From: a bacterium
GTDB lineage: Bacteria; SM23-31
Assembly: GCA_965249485.1 (NCBI GenBank)
Contig: OZ252239.1
Span: 64,001 to 128,000 of the forward strand
Length of the DNA: 64,000 nucleotides
Direction: 5' to 3'
The notes beneath the pieces are model-generated. The model was not told the DNA's origin. It did not search any database and was given only the letters and a program-made list of their open reading frames with translations. Shown here piece after piece: positions 62,460-64,000 of the stretch (within the stretch, counting starts at the first letter, position 1; each line of letters opens with the position of its first letter). The translations under genes and the position numbers were made by a program.

Positions 62460-62488
62460 ATGGTAAGGTATGCAATTAACTTTTACAA
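62460..62488 (-). promoter_or_regulatory. sigma70-like promoter next to the repeat
   Basis: TTGTAA-17bp-TACCAT. Confidence 0.55.
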
Positions 62489-62497
62489 GTGTTTTCT

Positions 62498-62527
62498 GCT
62501 CTTCGGGCTGTACGATTTACGAGCTTT
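62498..62527 (+). repeat. Cassette-boundary repeat
   Basis: gctcttcgggctgtacgatttacgagcttt. Confidence 0.88.
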
Positions 62528-62600
62528 TGAAATTAAATTTCAGTTATAAAAATCACAAAAATCTTATGATTCATTATTTTCAGTGGATATTATAATGCTG

Positions 62601-63998
62601 TCAGGGAATCTCAAGCAGAATGTATATAAGCTGTCCGTTCCTTTCTATATGTGCAATTATCGTATCGCCTGATTTGAATTCTTCCAAAAATATTTTTATG
62701 TCTGCAATACTTTGTATACGATTTTTGTTGAGCACGTAGATGACGTCGCCGGTTCGCAACTGGCCATGAGAGCCCGAGCCCGGCATGCCGGAGCCCGTTG
62801 AACTTTGTGCCGCAACGACCACACCTTGAGAATATCGTAACGGTGGCAGCAGGGAACGCACTGTGTCATCAATATTTAAGACCAGTATTCCAAGTTTGGA
62901 GATTTGATTGTTTTCAGGATCAACCAATTTGTAAAATCTTTCCGGGTCGTTTGGAAGTTCGATAACAGGAATTTGGAACACCATTGTTTCTGAACCACGT
63001 TGAATTTCGAGCGTTACGATATTTCCTATGGAACGATTGTAGAGATTAACGTCAAACTGTCTTCCATTCTCCATAATTTTCCCGTCAAGGGACACAACGA
63101 CGTCGCCGGTTTCAAGTCCTTCCCTGTCAGCAGGACTGAACGGGTACACGTCACCGAGAATAATTCCCCAATCCCTGCTTAGTTCAAGACCTTTTGCGAG
63201 TTCCGGTGTGATCGTTTGTGCGTTTACACCGATTTGTCCTCGGCGAACTCCTCCGTAAACCCGTATCTGATTATATACGTTTTTGACTATATTGCTGGGT
63301 GCGGCAAAACCGATACCTTCATTTCCTCCCGATTGGGACAGAATAAACGTATTGATTCCGACAACTTGGCCGCTCGCATCGATGAGGGGGCCTCCGCTGT
63401 TTCCGGGATTGATTGAGGCATCGGTCTGAATATAGATCATAGGGTCATCGGGACTCAGTTGGCGGGCTGCCGAGCTAATCACTCCCATACTTACAGAATT
63501 ATCCAGACCAAGGGGGCTTCCGAAGGCAAAGAAGAGTTGTCCGGGACGTAGTTCTTCCGAATCTCCCAATTCTAATACAGGAAGCCCGGTAACCGGGATC
63601 TTGAGGACGGCAATGTCTGTTTCCGAATCGACTCCAAGAACTTCCGCATCGATCAATTCACCCCGCGGTTTTAATATCGAATGTCCGGGAGAACCGTTAT
63701 TTTTACGTGCCAACACAATCTGGACACGCTGAGCGCCGTTGACAACATGGGCATTCGTAACAATATAGCCTTCTTCACCCAGTATGACACCCGACCCGCC
63801 TTGAATTTGGCGCGTTATCGAGTTCCCGGATTGACCATAGCCCTGAGGAACAACATACCCAGAAGCAAACACCTGCACAATTGATGGACCGGCTTGCTCC
63901 GAGAGCGCTTCAAATGATTCGCTTACTCTGTTCAAATCAATCGAATCAAGATCCTGAGAATATACCTGAATACCGCTAAAAACGGAATAAAACACAGC
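62601..63998 (-). CDS. HtrA/DegP-like serine protease with PDZ domains; 5' end probably beyond window
   Basis: GSGVI, TNAHVV, DIAVLK, IQTDASINPGNSGGPL; frame open to the window edge. Confidence 0.92.
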   Translation of the reverse strand, partial: AVFYSVFSGIQVYSQDLDSIDLNRVSESFEALSEQAGPSIVQVFASGYVVPQGYGQSGNSITRQIQGGSGVILGEEGYIVTNAHVVNGAQRVQIVLARKNNGSPGHSILKPRGELIDAEVLGVDSETDIAVLKIPVTGLPVLELGDSEELRPGQLFFAFGSPLGLDNSVSMGVISSAARQLSPDDPMIYIQTDASINPGNSGGPLIDASGQVVGINTFILSQSGGNEGIGFAAPSNIVKNVYNQIRVYGGVRRGQIGVNAQTITPELAKGLELSRDWGIILGDVYPFSPADREGLETGDVVVSLDGKIMENGRQFDVNLYNRSIGNIVTLEIQRGSETMVFQIPVIELPNDPERFYKLVDPENNQISKLGILVLNIDDTVRSLLPPLRYSQGVVVAAQSSTGSGMPGSGSHGQLRTGDVIYVLNKNRIQSIADIKIFLEEFKSGDTIIAHIERNGQLIYILLEIP

Positions 63999-64000
63999 CG

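Noticed and set aside
2120..62527. CRISPR array interpretation of the ~28-bp repeats
   Set aside because: Spacing is 0.7-13 kb with whole genes between copies, the repeats are degenerate, and no cas genes are present.
2120..62527. Classical integron attC sites
   Set aside because: No RYYYAAC...GTTRRRY boxes, no long imperfect palindrome and no intI gene seen.
484..63884. Numerous short overlapping or antisense ORFs in the ORF track
   Set aside because: They are shadows of long genes with recognisable motifs. Recurrent ones (e.g. MSPPWTTLFSQP) simply reflect paralogy on the coding strand.

Overview
Bacterial accessory region with about 40 genes, nearly all on the minus strand and mostly encoding secreted or periplasmic catabolic enzymes. 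These include 12 full-length Xaa-Pro aminopeptidase (M24)-fold paralogues, an M28 peptidase, GH3, GH29 and GH130 glycosidases, a VPS10/BNR hydrolase, two PQQ/cytochrome c dehydrogenases, DUF1080, two GMC oxidoreductases, malate synthase G and HtrA. The main unannotated signal is a ~28-bp non-coding direct repeat (consensus gCTCCYCGGGCTGTACGATTTGCGAACCTT) present about 20 times, always on the + strand, at gene boundaries. It often abuts a stop codon and often has a sigma70-type promoter and a conserved ~150-bp leader on its left. Its reverse complement resembles the 3' end of tRNA-Asn, and two tRNA 3'-half remnants lie in the window. I infer a tandem array of self-promoted gene cassettes joined by tRNA-derived att-like sites, i.e. 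an integron-like but non-attC gene-accumulation platform. No recombinase gene is visible here, so the mechanism is an inference. Many of the peptidases have systematically altered metal ligands, and several genes are disrupted by single indels or stop codons. All family calls are from motif recognition, not database searches.
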